A DNA stretch of 64,000 bases, from positions 2,002-66,001 of the forward strand of contig VGVX01000005.1 of NCBI GenBank assembly GCA_016873845.1, given 5' to 3'. Within the stretch, counting starts at the first letter, position 1. The number at the start of each line of letters is the position of its first letter. Source of the stretch: Ignavibacteria bacterium. GTDB lineage: Bacteria > Bacteroidota > Ignavibacteria > Ch128b. A program made the translations under genes and the position numbers. Positions 48,151 through 55,769 of the stretch are shown here, one piece after another. The notes beneath the pieces were generated by a model. That model was not told the DNA's origin and did no database searches. It was given only the letters and a program-made list of their open reading frames with translations.

Positions 48151-48537
48151 GCCTGCTTGCAGGGTGGAGCGATGACGTATCGTAGATATTCAGGTATTGG
48201 TTCCTGCTTCGTTTAATTCGGGTATAAGCAAGTATGTTGGAATTGTGCCACAGATTCACAGATTTTCAAAAGTCGATGAGATGATTTATCTTTTACAACT
48301 GATTCTTTGATCCCGATACGATTAGTTAACACGTTGAATCGGGATGATTTGCTTTCCGCCTCCGCAGAGTATCGTAAGAATATGTTTTATGATAATTTGC
48401 TTCGGCGGACAAGTCAAATTTTTCTTTGAAAACATTTATTGAATTTTCAATCCAAGGACATTTTTTGCCATTCGCATCAAAGCTTATTATATTTGTACCC
48501 GCAATTAGAGATTTTCCAGCGGATATAATTGAAATTT

Positions 48538-48611
48538 TGGCGAGGTAGCTCAGGTGGTTAGAGCAGTGGAATCATAATCCACGTGTCGGGGGTTCGAATC
48601 CCTCCCTCGCT
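48538..48611 (+). tRNA. tRNA-Met with anticodon CAT. It has an elongator-type structure and could alternatively be a lysidine tRNA-Ile2.
   Basis: Manual cloverleaf: acceptor GGCGAGG/CCTCGCT, D-arm GCTC-AGGTGGTTA-GAGC, anticodon stem GTGGA/TCCAC with loop ATCATAA, and T-arm GGGGG-TTCGAAT-CCCTC. Confidence 0.8.
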
Positions 48612-48632
48612 ACAAACTTAATAGGAGAAAAA

Positions 48633-48995
48633 ATGTATTCGATTTTAATGACAGTCGGTTTAGTAGTTGCGTTCATATTGATGGTGGTAGTTCTCATGCA
48701 ATCAAGTAAGGGCGGCGGATTAGCCGGAACGTTCGGCAGAGTTGGCGAAATGGGAACAATGTTCGGTGTAAGAAGAACTGCAGATTTCTTATCAAAAGCC
48801 ACATGGTGGTTAGCCGGAATTTTAGCAGTTCTCTGTTTGGTTGTTAATCTAGCTTTTTTGCCATCTTCATCGCAACAAAGAATGCGTGAAAGTATTATTC
48901 AAAGAGGAGGTCAGCAATCTTTACCTCAAAAACCTTTTGTACCCCAGACTCAACAGCCTGCTCAACCTCCACAGCAAACTCCCCCACAGCAATAG
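48633..48995 (+). CDS. secG: Preprotein translocase subunit SecG with a Pro/Gln-rich C-terminal tail.
   Basis: Two TM helices and the LMQSSKGGGLAGTFG motif are present. Confidence 0.8.
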   Translation: MYSILMTVGLVVAFILMVVVLMQSSKGGGLAGTFGRVGEMGTMFGVRRTADFLSKATWWLAGILAVLCLVVNLAFLPSSSQQRMRESIIQRGGQQSLPQKPFVPQTQQPAQPPQQTPPQQ

Positions 48996-49010
48996 CAGAA
49001 ATTTTAACGT

Positions 49011-49045
49011 GATTAAAAAGCCAAGTTATTAACTTAAACTTGGCT
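49011..49045. terminator. Bidirectional Rho-independent terminator: a GCCAAGTT/AACTTGGC stem flanked by an A-run and a T-run.
   Basis: Read directly from the sequence. It lies between the convergent secG and dacB genes. Confidence 0.7.
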
Positions 49046-49165
49046 TTTTTATCCGCCTTCGCGTTCCGCTTCGGCGGACCTGCATGCACGAAGCCGTGGT
49101 TTCGTTTCGGTAAAGGCAGGCGAGAAGGTAGGGTTAAATTCCCCGCCGCTTGCAATGGGGAGGTT
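49046..49165 (-). ncRNA. Candidate structured small RNA or structured 3'UTR. It is a GC-rich element of about 120 nt (about 60% GC against 33% background) with a CCGC-UUCG-GCGG tetraloop hairpin and nested CCUGC/GCAGG helices. On the minus strand it ends at the terminator.
   Basis: Composition and multiple complementary segments are read directly. No known RNA family could be assigned from the sequence alone. Confidence 0.3.
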
Positions 49166-49169
49166 CATT

Positions 49170-50597
49170 TTAATTTCGTTGTGAAATTTCAGTTTCAGAC
49201 AGCAGGCTGATTATATTATCCATTATATCTCTATAGTAACTTGCAGATCTTTTGAAAGAATTAAAGTTCATTGCAAAAATCATTAAGTCATTATCTTTTG
49301 ATGTTACATAGCCGGCAGTAGCTGTCACTCCTCTAAGTGTTCCAGTTTTCGCACGGCAATTATTTGCGGCTGAAGTTCCAACCAGTCTGCTTCCCATTGT
49401 ACCATCCACTCCCGCAATTGAGAGTGAATTGAAGAATTGTTCGAAATCATCCTTAGTGAAATACATATGAGTTAAAAGCCGGACAAGTGCTTTCATGGAA
49501 AACTGATTGTTCCTCGAGATGCCTGATCCATCCAAAATGCTCATCTCTTCTTCGAACAAATTAGTTGATTTAAGAAATGTGAAAATCGCCTGAGTGGCAT
49601 CGAATGCACCTCCTGAGCCTTCGGAATAATTAGCACCAATAATTTTGAACAAATGCTCGGCTATGAAATTATCACTCCGTTTATTAATCTCCGATATTAA
49701 ACTTATGAGTGGAGTTTCATTCGAGACAAGAAGATTTAAAACTTCTGGAGAAGTTCGAGTTAGGATTTTTCCGGTGAATTCAATTCCACCTTGTATTAAA
49801 AGGTTTTTAAGCAAATTACCAATAAAGAGTGGTGGATTTTTAATGTGGACTTTAATTGAAGAAGATCGATTGCGCGGAATAGTACCTGTAACAGTTATTT
49901 TTTCACCGCTCTGCATCTGTTGAACAACAGTTCCGATTCGAGTACGTCTCCCGGTGGTTTTTGCTGAATTAACCACTGTGAAATAATCCAAATTTGGAAA
50001 AATGGAAACTGTCGGTTTTCTATTCGTTCGTGAATTCCCTCTTAGGCTCAACGTAATAGAATTTTTGTCAATAGTTGTAGCGCAAATAGCTGGGAGTGGA
50101 ACATTTCGGTTTTCATCTTCAATCCATTCTTCCCGGAACAAGATTTCATCGAAAAAAGAATCATCCACAATAATATTACCGCTAATTCTTTTTATACCTT
50201 GTGCCATAATTTCACTGACCATCTTCTGCAAGTTTGGAATCGTAAAGGTTGGGTCTCCAAATCCCTTTAAGAAAATATTTCCATCAATCGAATTGTCAGT
50301 TAAATTCACGTCGTCAGTCAGTATCTCTGTATTAACTGTATACTCATCTCCAAGGAAGAGGATTGCAGTTGCTGTGGTATAGAGTTTTGTTGTTGAAGCC
50401 GGAAGAAGCGTTGCTTCTGAGTTGTTTTCAAAAAGAAATTTATTTTGATTAGTTGAAAATATGGCTATTCCATATTCGTCGGTATTTGTCCGAGTAGAAC
50501 TTAATATCTGCTGAATTCGATCTTGTAGATTTTGAGCAGCTGCAGAACCAAAGACAAGTAAAATGCATAGAAGTGTTATTAATTTGAATATCTTCAT
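49170..50597 (-). CDS. dacB: D-alanyl-D-alanine carboxypeptidase/endopeptidase (PBP4, peptidase S13).
   Basis: A signal peptide and the SxxK (ASTTKL) and KTG motifs are present. The start is taken at MKIFKLITLL (50597), not the longer track ORF. Confidence 0.75.
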   Translation of the reverse strand: MKIFKLITLLCILLVFGSAAAQNLQDRIQQILSSTRTNTDEYGIAIFSTNQNKFLFENNSEATLLPASTTKLYTTATAILFLGDEYTVNTEILTDDVNLTDNSIDGNIFLKGFGDPTFTIPNLQKMVSEIMAQGIKRISGNIIVDDSFFDEILFREEWIEDENRNVPLPAICATTIDKNSITLSLRGNSRTNRKPTVSIFPNLDYFTVVNSAKTTGRRTRIGTVVQQMQSGEKITVTGTIPRNRSSSIKVHIKNPPLFIGNLLKNLLIQGGIEFTGKILTRTSPEVLNLLVSNETPLISLISEINKRSDNFIAEHLFKIIGANYSEGSGGAFDATQAIFTFLKSTNLFEEEMSILDGSGISRNNQFSMKALVRLLTHMYFTKDDFEQFFNSLSIAGVDGTMGSRLVGTSAANNCRAKTGTLRGVTATAGYVTSKDNDLMIFAMNFNSFKRSASYYRDIMDNIISLLSETEISQRN

Positions 50598-50639
50598 AAA
50601 ATTGATTAGCAAATTATCATTTCTTAAATTGAATTTAAA

Positions 50640-51350
50640 ATGAAAAAGGCCCTTGTTACTGGAGGTGCAAAGCGACTTGGAAAGTACCTTTCGCTTTTTC
50701 TCTCGACTATTGGTTACGATGTTGCAATAACATATCACTCCTCAGCTTCGAGTGTTGCTTTTATAAAGAAACAAGTTGAAGCGAATGGCATGTCGTTTAA
50801 ATCATACAAGACAAACCTTAATTCATACTTAGAGATAGAAAAACTTTTCATTAATTACAAAAAAGATTGGGAAAAAATTGACCTGCTTATTAATAATGCG
50901 GGCGTATTTCCTGAAGCGGGATTTAAGTCGATTAAGGAAGAATTATGGGATAATACTTTCGCAGTTAATTTAAAATCAGTTTTTTTTCTTAGTCAGAAAT
51001 TTTCTTCAATCATGAATAATGATGGAACTATTGTCAACATTTCATCTATTGGTGGATTTGAAGTTTGGAAGGATCGTATTTTATATAATACTTCTAAAGC
51101 TGCACAAATCGCATTGACGCGTTCGCTTGCGAGAGAACTTGCGCCAAAAATTAGAGTGAATTCCGTTGCTCCCGGTACAATTGAGATGGAAGATGAAAAG
51201 AACCTCAAAGCAATTTTAGGGAAAAACAAAATTCCGCTCAAACGTTATGGTTCACCTCAAGAAATTTGTGAAACAATTAATTTTATAATCAAGAATAAAT
51301 ATTTAACTGGAGTTACAATCCCCGTTGAAGGAGGAAAACTTCTTACTTAG
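50640..51350 (+). CDS. SDR-family oxidoreductase (pteridine-reductase-like).
   Basis: NAD(P)-binding motif is TGGAKRLG and the catalytic pair is YNTSK. Confidence 0.75.
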   Translation: MKKALVTGGAKRLGKYLSLFLSTIGYDVAITYHSSASSVAFIKKQVEANGMSFKSYKTNLNSYLEIEKLFINYKKDWEKIDLLINNAGVFPEAGFKSIKEELWDNTFAVNLKSVFFLSQKFSSIMNNDGTIVNISSIGGFEVWKDRILYNTSKAAQIALTRSLARELAPKIRVNSVAPGTIEMEDEKNLKAILGKNKIPLKRYGSPQEICETINFIIKNKYLTGVTIPVEGGKLLT

Positions 51351-51358
51351 GAGAATAA

Positions 51359-52159
51359 ATGCCGAATAAAGCTTACAAAAATTTAGACTTTTTAAATTCA
51401 CCCGATGCAAGAATTATTAGAATACTAGCGGAATTTTTAGAACCTCAGGCAAGATTCAGAAAAGACAATATTACTGATACAATTGTTTTTTTTGGCTCTG
51501 CCAGATTTACTGATAGAAAAACAGCCACTAAGATGTACAATGATGTCAAAAAACTTGATCCAAAACATGAGAAAAATTTCGTTGACAAACTAAAATCTGC
51601 CCAAGTCGCTTTGGAGATGTCGAAGTATTACGAAGATGCAGTCACTCTTTCAAAAATGATAACCGAATGGGCAAATTCTCTACCAACAAACGGAAGACGT
51701 TTTGTTGTTTGTACTGGAGGTGGTCCTGGTGTGATGGAAGCCGCAAACAAGGGGGCAAAACTTGGTAAAGGAAAATCAATGGGATTGAATATATCCATCC
51801 CGATGGAACAGTTTGTAAATAAGTATGTTTCCAAAGAACTCGGTTTCGAGTTTCACTATTTCTTTATGAGAAAATTTTGGCTTGTTTATCTTGCAAAGGC
51901 ATTAATAATCTTTCCGGGAGGATTTGGCACATTCGATGAATTGATGGAAGTGCTAACTCTTCTACAAACTGGCAAACTGAATAAAAAAATGTCTGTGATA
52001 ATTTATGGATCGAGCTATTGGAAAAAAGCGATCAACCTCCAGCATTTGATTGATCATGGAGTGATCGACAAAAAGGATTTAAATTATTTTAAGTTCTGCG
52101 ATACCCCAAAGGATGCATTCCAAGAACTTAAAACTTTTTTAACGAATAACTATTTGTAA
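51359..52159 (+). CDS. LOG-family (TIGR00730) Rossmann-fold nucleotide-binding protein.
   Basis: Motifs VVCTGGGPGVMEAANKGA and PGGFGTFDEL are present. Confidence 0.8.
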   Translation: MPNKAYKNLDFLNSPDARIIRILAEFLEPQARFRKDNITDTIVFFGSARFTDRKTATKMYNDVKKLDPKHEKNFVDKLKSAQVALEMSKYYEDAVTLSKMITEWANSLPTNGRRFVVCTGGGPGVMEAANKGAKLGKGKSMGLNISIPMEQFVNKYVSKELGFEFHYFFMRKFWLVYLAKALIIFPGGFGTFDELMEVLTLLQTGKLNKKMSVIIYGSSYWKKAINLQHLIDHGVIDKKDLNYFKFCDTPKDAFQELKTFLTNNYL

Positions 52160-52186
52160 TAAACCCTGAAATCTTCGAGAGTGGGA

Positions 52187-52384
52187 TTATACCATCTCTT
52201 CAAGGACAATTCGCTGCATTCTGCGGATCGCCTTTGCCTTTTTCATTCTCTTTTTTATGGATGGTTTGGTGAAGAATGTCCTCTTCTTGAATTCTTTGAG
52301 GACTCCGGATCTTTCGTATTTTTTCTTAAATCTTCTTAATGCTCTATCGAGCGATTCAGTTTCGTTAATTGAAATTCCGACCAA
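52187..52384 (-). CDS. rpsU: 30S ribosomal protein S21.
   Basis: The ALRRFKKKYERSGVLKEFKKRTFFTKPS segment is typical of S21. Confidence 0.8.
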   Translation of the reverse strand: MVGISINETESLDRALRRFKKKYERSGVLKEFKKRTFFTKPSIKKRMKKAKAIRRMQRIVLEEMV

Positions 52385-52399
52385 AAAGTTTCTCCTTTT

Positions 52400-52783
52400 T
52401 TATTGTACTTGAAATTGTTCTAATAATTTTTTCATACCGGCTTTTTCAAATTCGACAACTATAGACTTAGCGCCGGCTGATGTTGTCTCTTTTGCTGTAA
52501 CTTTTCCGACATCTTCCCAATCTTGATGGTATATCGAGTCACCCACCTCAAATGTGGAAGAAGGATTATAAGGTTTACAATCTTCAATTTTAATTGCAGA
52601 TAGATCTACATTTGCGGATGATTTAATATTCGCTTCAACATCCAATGCCATTGTGTGTTTGCAAGTTTTGCAGCGAGCCCATCTGCGGCTGTCACTTTCA
52701 ATTCCTAATTCTCCGACTATTTCCAGTTTGACAGTTTTATTGCAATAACTGCAAAAAGCTTCAACGTGTTTTAACCTTGCCAT
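52400..52783 (-). CDS. Hypothetical zinc-ribbon protein.
   Basis: It has CSYC...CKTC cysteine pairs and is tightly spaced between usp and rpsU. Confidence 0.4.
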   Translation of the reverse strand: MARLKHVEAFCSYCNKTVKLEIVGELGIESDSRRWARCKTCKHTMALDVEANIKSSANVDLSAIKIEDCKPYNPSSTFEVGDSIYHQDWEDVGKVTAKETTSAGAKSIVVEFEKAGMKKLLEQFQVQ

Positions 52784-52801
52784 ATCGTCTCTTTATTCCT
52801 T

Positions 52802-53263
52802 TTATTTTCCATCCTTACTGGGAGTGATAACCAGAACAGGACACTTTGCATATCGAATTACTTTTTCTGCAACACTTCCAAGAAGTGTATGCAATAATCC
52901 TGTTCTTCCGTGAGTAGCGATTACAATCAGATCTATCTTTTTTTCTTTTGCGTAAGATGTTATGGTTTCAAAATCGTTCCCACGTAATAAAACTTCTTTC
53001 ACTTTTTCTGAGCTGTTAAATTTTTCCGCGAATTTTTTCAATAATGTCCGAGCGTCATCTTCGATCGTTTTTTGGATTTTTTCGGTTTTCAAATCAAGCG
53101 AACGAATTGTAAGAATCGGGGGTGTTTTTTCAAGTACATGAAGTAAATGAATTTCACCATCGTATTGGCTTGCAATTTCTTCGGCATAACCAAAAGCTTG
53201 CGCAGACATATCACTAAAATCAGTAGGAACTAATATCTTCCTAATCTTAAAATTTTTCTTCAT
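52802..53263 (-). CDS. Universal stress protein (UspA family).
   Basis: The ILVPTDFS...HGRTGL...GSVAEKV motif is present. The start is taken at MKKNF (53263). Confidence 0.75.
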   Translation of the reverse strand: MKKNFKIRKILVPTDFSDMSAQAFGYAEEIASQYDGEIHLLHVLEKTPPILTIRSLDLKTEKIQKTIEDDARTLLKKFAEKFNSSEKVKEVLLRGNDFETITSYAKEKKIDLIVIATHGRTGLLHTLLGSVAEKVIRYAKCPVLVITPSKDGK

Positions 53264-53367
53264 TTGGGCTTCAAATATAATGGAATTCCACGTCAAAAAA
53301 AAATTTTCACTTTCCTCAGTGCATCGGAACGAAAATCCACTCGAAAATAACTAAAAATGACTAAAGT

Positions 53368-53409
53368 TACGCAAAACAGTTATTCTGAATCCGTCAACTG
53401 ACGGATGAA
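53368..53409. repeat. Imperfect palindrome of about 42 nt, AGTTATTCTGAATCCGTCA-AC-TGACGGATGAAGAATCTAACT, belonging to the same motif family as the elements at 16554 and 18850.
   Basis: Read directly from the sequence, about 105 nt upstream of the usp start. Confidence 0.5.
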
Positions 53410-53537
53410 GAATCTAACTATGCAAATATCATCGTTTTTTAGATGTTTCGCTTTGCTCAACATGACAATAAGACTATTCTGCATAACTTCAGAAAATGAG
53501 TAAAAATTAGTTGTTTGCCTTAATTACTGCTTTTAAA

Positions 53538-54365
53538 TCACCGGTATTCAAAGCTGTTTAGAAGATCTGCCATTAAAATGCTTGATTTTCTATCCATAAC
53601 AAAACTTGCAAATGTGCCGTCGATTATACTTAGGAGAGCATTACAAGAATCAGTTTCAACGATCTCGAAATCCTTATTAATTACATTTTCCAATAAACTT
53701 TCTGACAGAAAAAGTTTTTTGTCTTCGATTATTGCACTGCAAGGGGCTTGAAAGATGTAAACTATATCTTTATCACTTTGATAGATCAGATGTGCGATGA
53801 TTATTTCATTGAGCTTGTTTAATCCAGCACCGATCAATTTCCACTTAGTTTTTGGGAAAATCGGTGACTTAAATCCATTTGAAATTAGAAATCCTTTTAC
53901 AGCTTCTTGATTGCTATTTAGAATAGTTTTGCTTGGATATTTATGATTCTTAACAGCATTAAAGTTTACAATGGATTGTGCAAATACATTGTTGCTAAAA
54001 TTTGCAGAAACAAAATCATTCGACTTGTTAAAAAAAGCTGCATAAATTAAAAAAGTCAATCCTAATCCAAAGCTTAACGAATAAACAGGTTTTTTAATAA
54101 TTGAGTTGAATAATTCTTTGACTCTAAATAAAAATAGCCGGTGAGATAATTTTTTAAAGATTGTACTTTTTAATTCATCGGGAGCGGATTCAAGCGGCGT
54201 TTGGTCTTGGATAACTTTTTTAACCTTTTTTTCTATTACTAAATCTAGATTACAGTCAGAACAAAGAGAAGCATGTTTTTCAACGCTCGATCTATTTTCC
54301 TTTTCTATTTCGTTATCGATAAAAGGAGTTACTTTATCTTTAAAATCTTTGCAGTTAATTGTCAT
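53538..54365 (-). CDS. Anti-sigma factor with a zinc finger (zf-HC2) and one TM helix.
   Basis: The HASLCSDC motif and a TM helix are present. The gene overlaps the upstream ECF sigma gene by 4 nt. Confidence 0.6.
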   Translation of the reverse strand: MTINCKDFKDKVTPFIDNEIEKENRSSVEKHASLCSDCNLDLVIEKKVKKVIQDQTPLESAPDELKSTIFKKLSHRLFLFRVKELFNSIIKKPVYSLSFGLGLTFLIYAAFFNKSNDFVSANFSNNVFAQSIVNFNAVKNHKYPSKTILNSNQEAVKGFLISNGFKSPIFPKTKWKLIGAGLNKLNEIIIAHLIYQSDKDIVYIFQAPCSAIIEDKKLFLSESLLENVINKDFEIVETDSCNALLSIIDGTFASFVMDRKSSILMADLLNSFEYR

Positions 54366-54973
54366 TCTTTGATTGGTTCATAACCTTTACTAATAGCATA
54401 ATCATTTAATTTCACAGCCAGCATTTTTCTCGCTCGATGTAATCGGGAGCGGACAGTTCCGATTGGACAATCGACGAATTCCGCGATCTCCTCATATGTT
54501 AAACCCTCAATGTCACAAAGTAATATTACAGTTCGGAAGTCATCAGGCAGGGACTGAACTGCATTCATTACTTCATCATCCAAAACATTATTAAAGATCT
54601 CACTTTCGAGATCATTGTCGGAGGCATGATCTGATTTTATTGTTTCATAAAATTCTTCGATCTCACCATAATCAACTTTATCGGGCTCTCTAGTGTTTTT
54701 CCGATATATGTTTATGTATGAATTTTTCATTATACGGAACAACCATGCTTTGCAATTAGTTCCGATTTCAAATTTATCGAAGAAGCGATATGCTTTAAGA
54801 TAGGCTTCCTGCAGAAGATCGTTTGCATCATCTGGATCACGTGTCATCTTCAGGGCAAAATTGTATAAGGCATCCATGTGCGGAATGGCTTCTTTTAAGA
54901 AATTCTTATCAATTTTACTTGATGACTCTTGAAGTGATTTTTTTATTTCAGTTTGGGATTTCTGCATTTTCAA
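54362..54973 (-). CDS. ECF (sigma-24 type) RNA polymerase sigma factor.
   Basis: Sigma-70 region 2 (LLQEAYLKAYRFF) and region 4 HTH (LTYEEIAEFVDCPIGTVRSRLHRAR) are present. Confidence 0.8.
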   Translation of the reverse strand: MKMQKSQTEIKKSLQESSSKIDKNFLKEAIPHMDALYNFALKMTRDPDDANDLLQEAYLKAYRFFDKFEIGTNCKAWLFRIMKNSYINIYRKNTREPDKVDYGEIEEFYETIKSDHASDNDLESEIFNNVLDDEVMNAVQSLPDDFRTVILLCDIEGLTYEEIAEFVDCPIGTVRSRLHRARKMLAVKLNDYAISKGYEPIKE

Positions 54974-55108
54974 GAATTTTCAACTACTCAATAATACTGA
55001 AATGGTCTCTGGCGTTCAAGAAATTCTAGTTAGAATATTTTTTAGTTTGCAATAAGTAAATTGAATTTTCACAAACGCTTCAATATCTTTGAAGTGAGTT
55101 GTAATATT

Positions 55109-55768
55109 ATGAAATATTTGTTTTTATTTACTTTAGTTTTAGTTTTTTATACAGCGCCTCAGCTGCAGGATTCTCATTTTTTTCAAATTGCGCGATTGAA
55201 ATACAATGGTGGAGGAGATTGGTACAATGATCCAACTTCGGAAGTTAATTTATTAAAATATATTTCAAAAGAAATTGGATTAAAAACAAAACCAGAATAT
55301 GTATTCGTTGATGTTGGAAGTGAAAAAATTTTTAGTTTTCCTTTTCTTTTTATCACAGGGCATGGAAACATTTCATTTTCGAATTCTGAAGCAAAGCGTC
55401 TCCGTAAGTATTTGGAGAATGGCGGATTTCTTTATGCAGATGATGATTATGGAATGGATCAATCATTCAGACGTGAAATGAAGAAAGTTTTTCCTGATCA
55501 GCAATTAGTTGAAATTCCTTTTTCACATCCAATTTACAACTCAGCATTTAAGTTTAGTAATGGTCTGCCAAAGATTCACGAGCACGATAATAATCCACCG
55601 CAAGGATTTGGTTATTTCTTGAATGGGAGACTTTGTGTTTTTTATACATATGAATGTAATCTGGGAGATGGATGGGCTGATGCTGAACTTTACAATGACC
55701 CGCCGCAAAAAAGAGAAGCCGCACTGCGAATGGGAACGAACATAGTGATTTACTCGTTGACAAATTAA
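55109..55768 (+). CDS. DUF4159 domain protein (ThuA-like, GATase1-like fold), secreted.
   Basis: A signal peptide and the conserved LKYNGGGDWYNDP motif are present. The start is taken at MKYLFLF. Confidence 0.6.
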   Translation: MKYLFLFTLVLVFYTAPQLQDSHFFQIARLKYNGGGDWYNDPTSEVNLLKYISKEIGLKTKPEYVFVDVGSEKIFSFPFLFITGHGNISFSNSEAKRLRKYLENGGFLYADDDYGMDQSFRREMKKVFPDQQLVEIPFSHPIYNSAFKFSNGLPKIHEHDNNPPQGFGYFLNGRLCVFYTYECNLGDGWADAELYNDPPQKREAALRMGTNIVIYSLTN

Positions 55769-55769
55769 G

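Noticed and set aside
48572-48802. A 76-aa minus-strand ORF overlapping tRNA-Met and secG.
   Set aside because: It is antisense to two strongly supported features, a tRNA cloverleaf and the conserved SecG protein.
49046-49165. SRP (4.5S) RNA, tmRNA or RNase P RNA identity for the GC-rich element.
   Set aside because: Minus-strand words such as CAGGUCCGCCGAAGCGG superficially resemble SRP domain IV. However, the conserved GGAAGGAAGCAGC-type motif and the long single-hairpin architecture are absent. There is no tRNA-like end for tmRNA, and the element is too short for RNase P.
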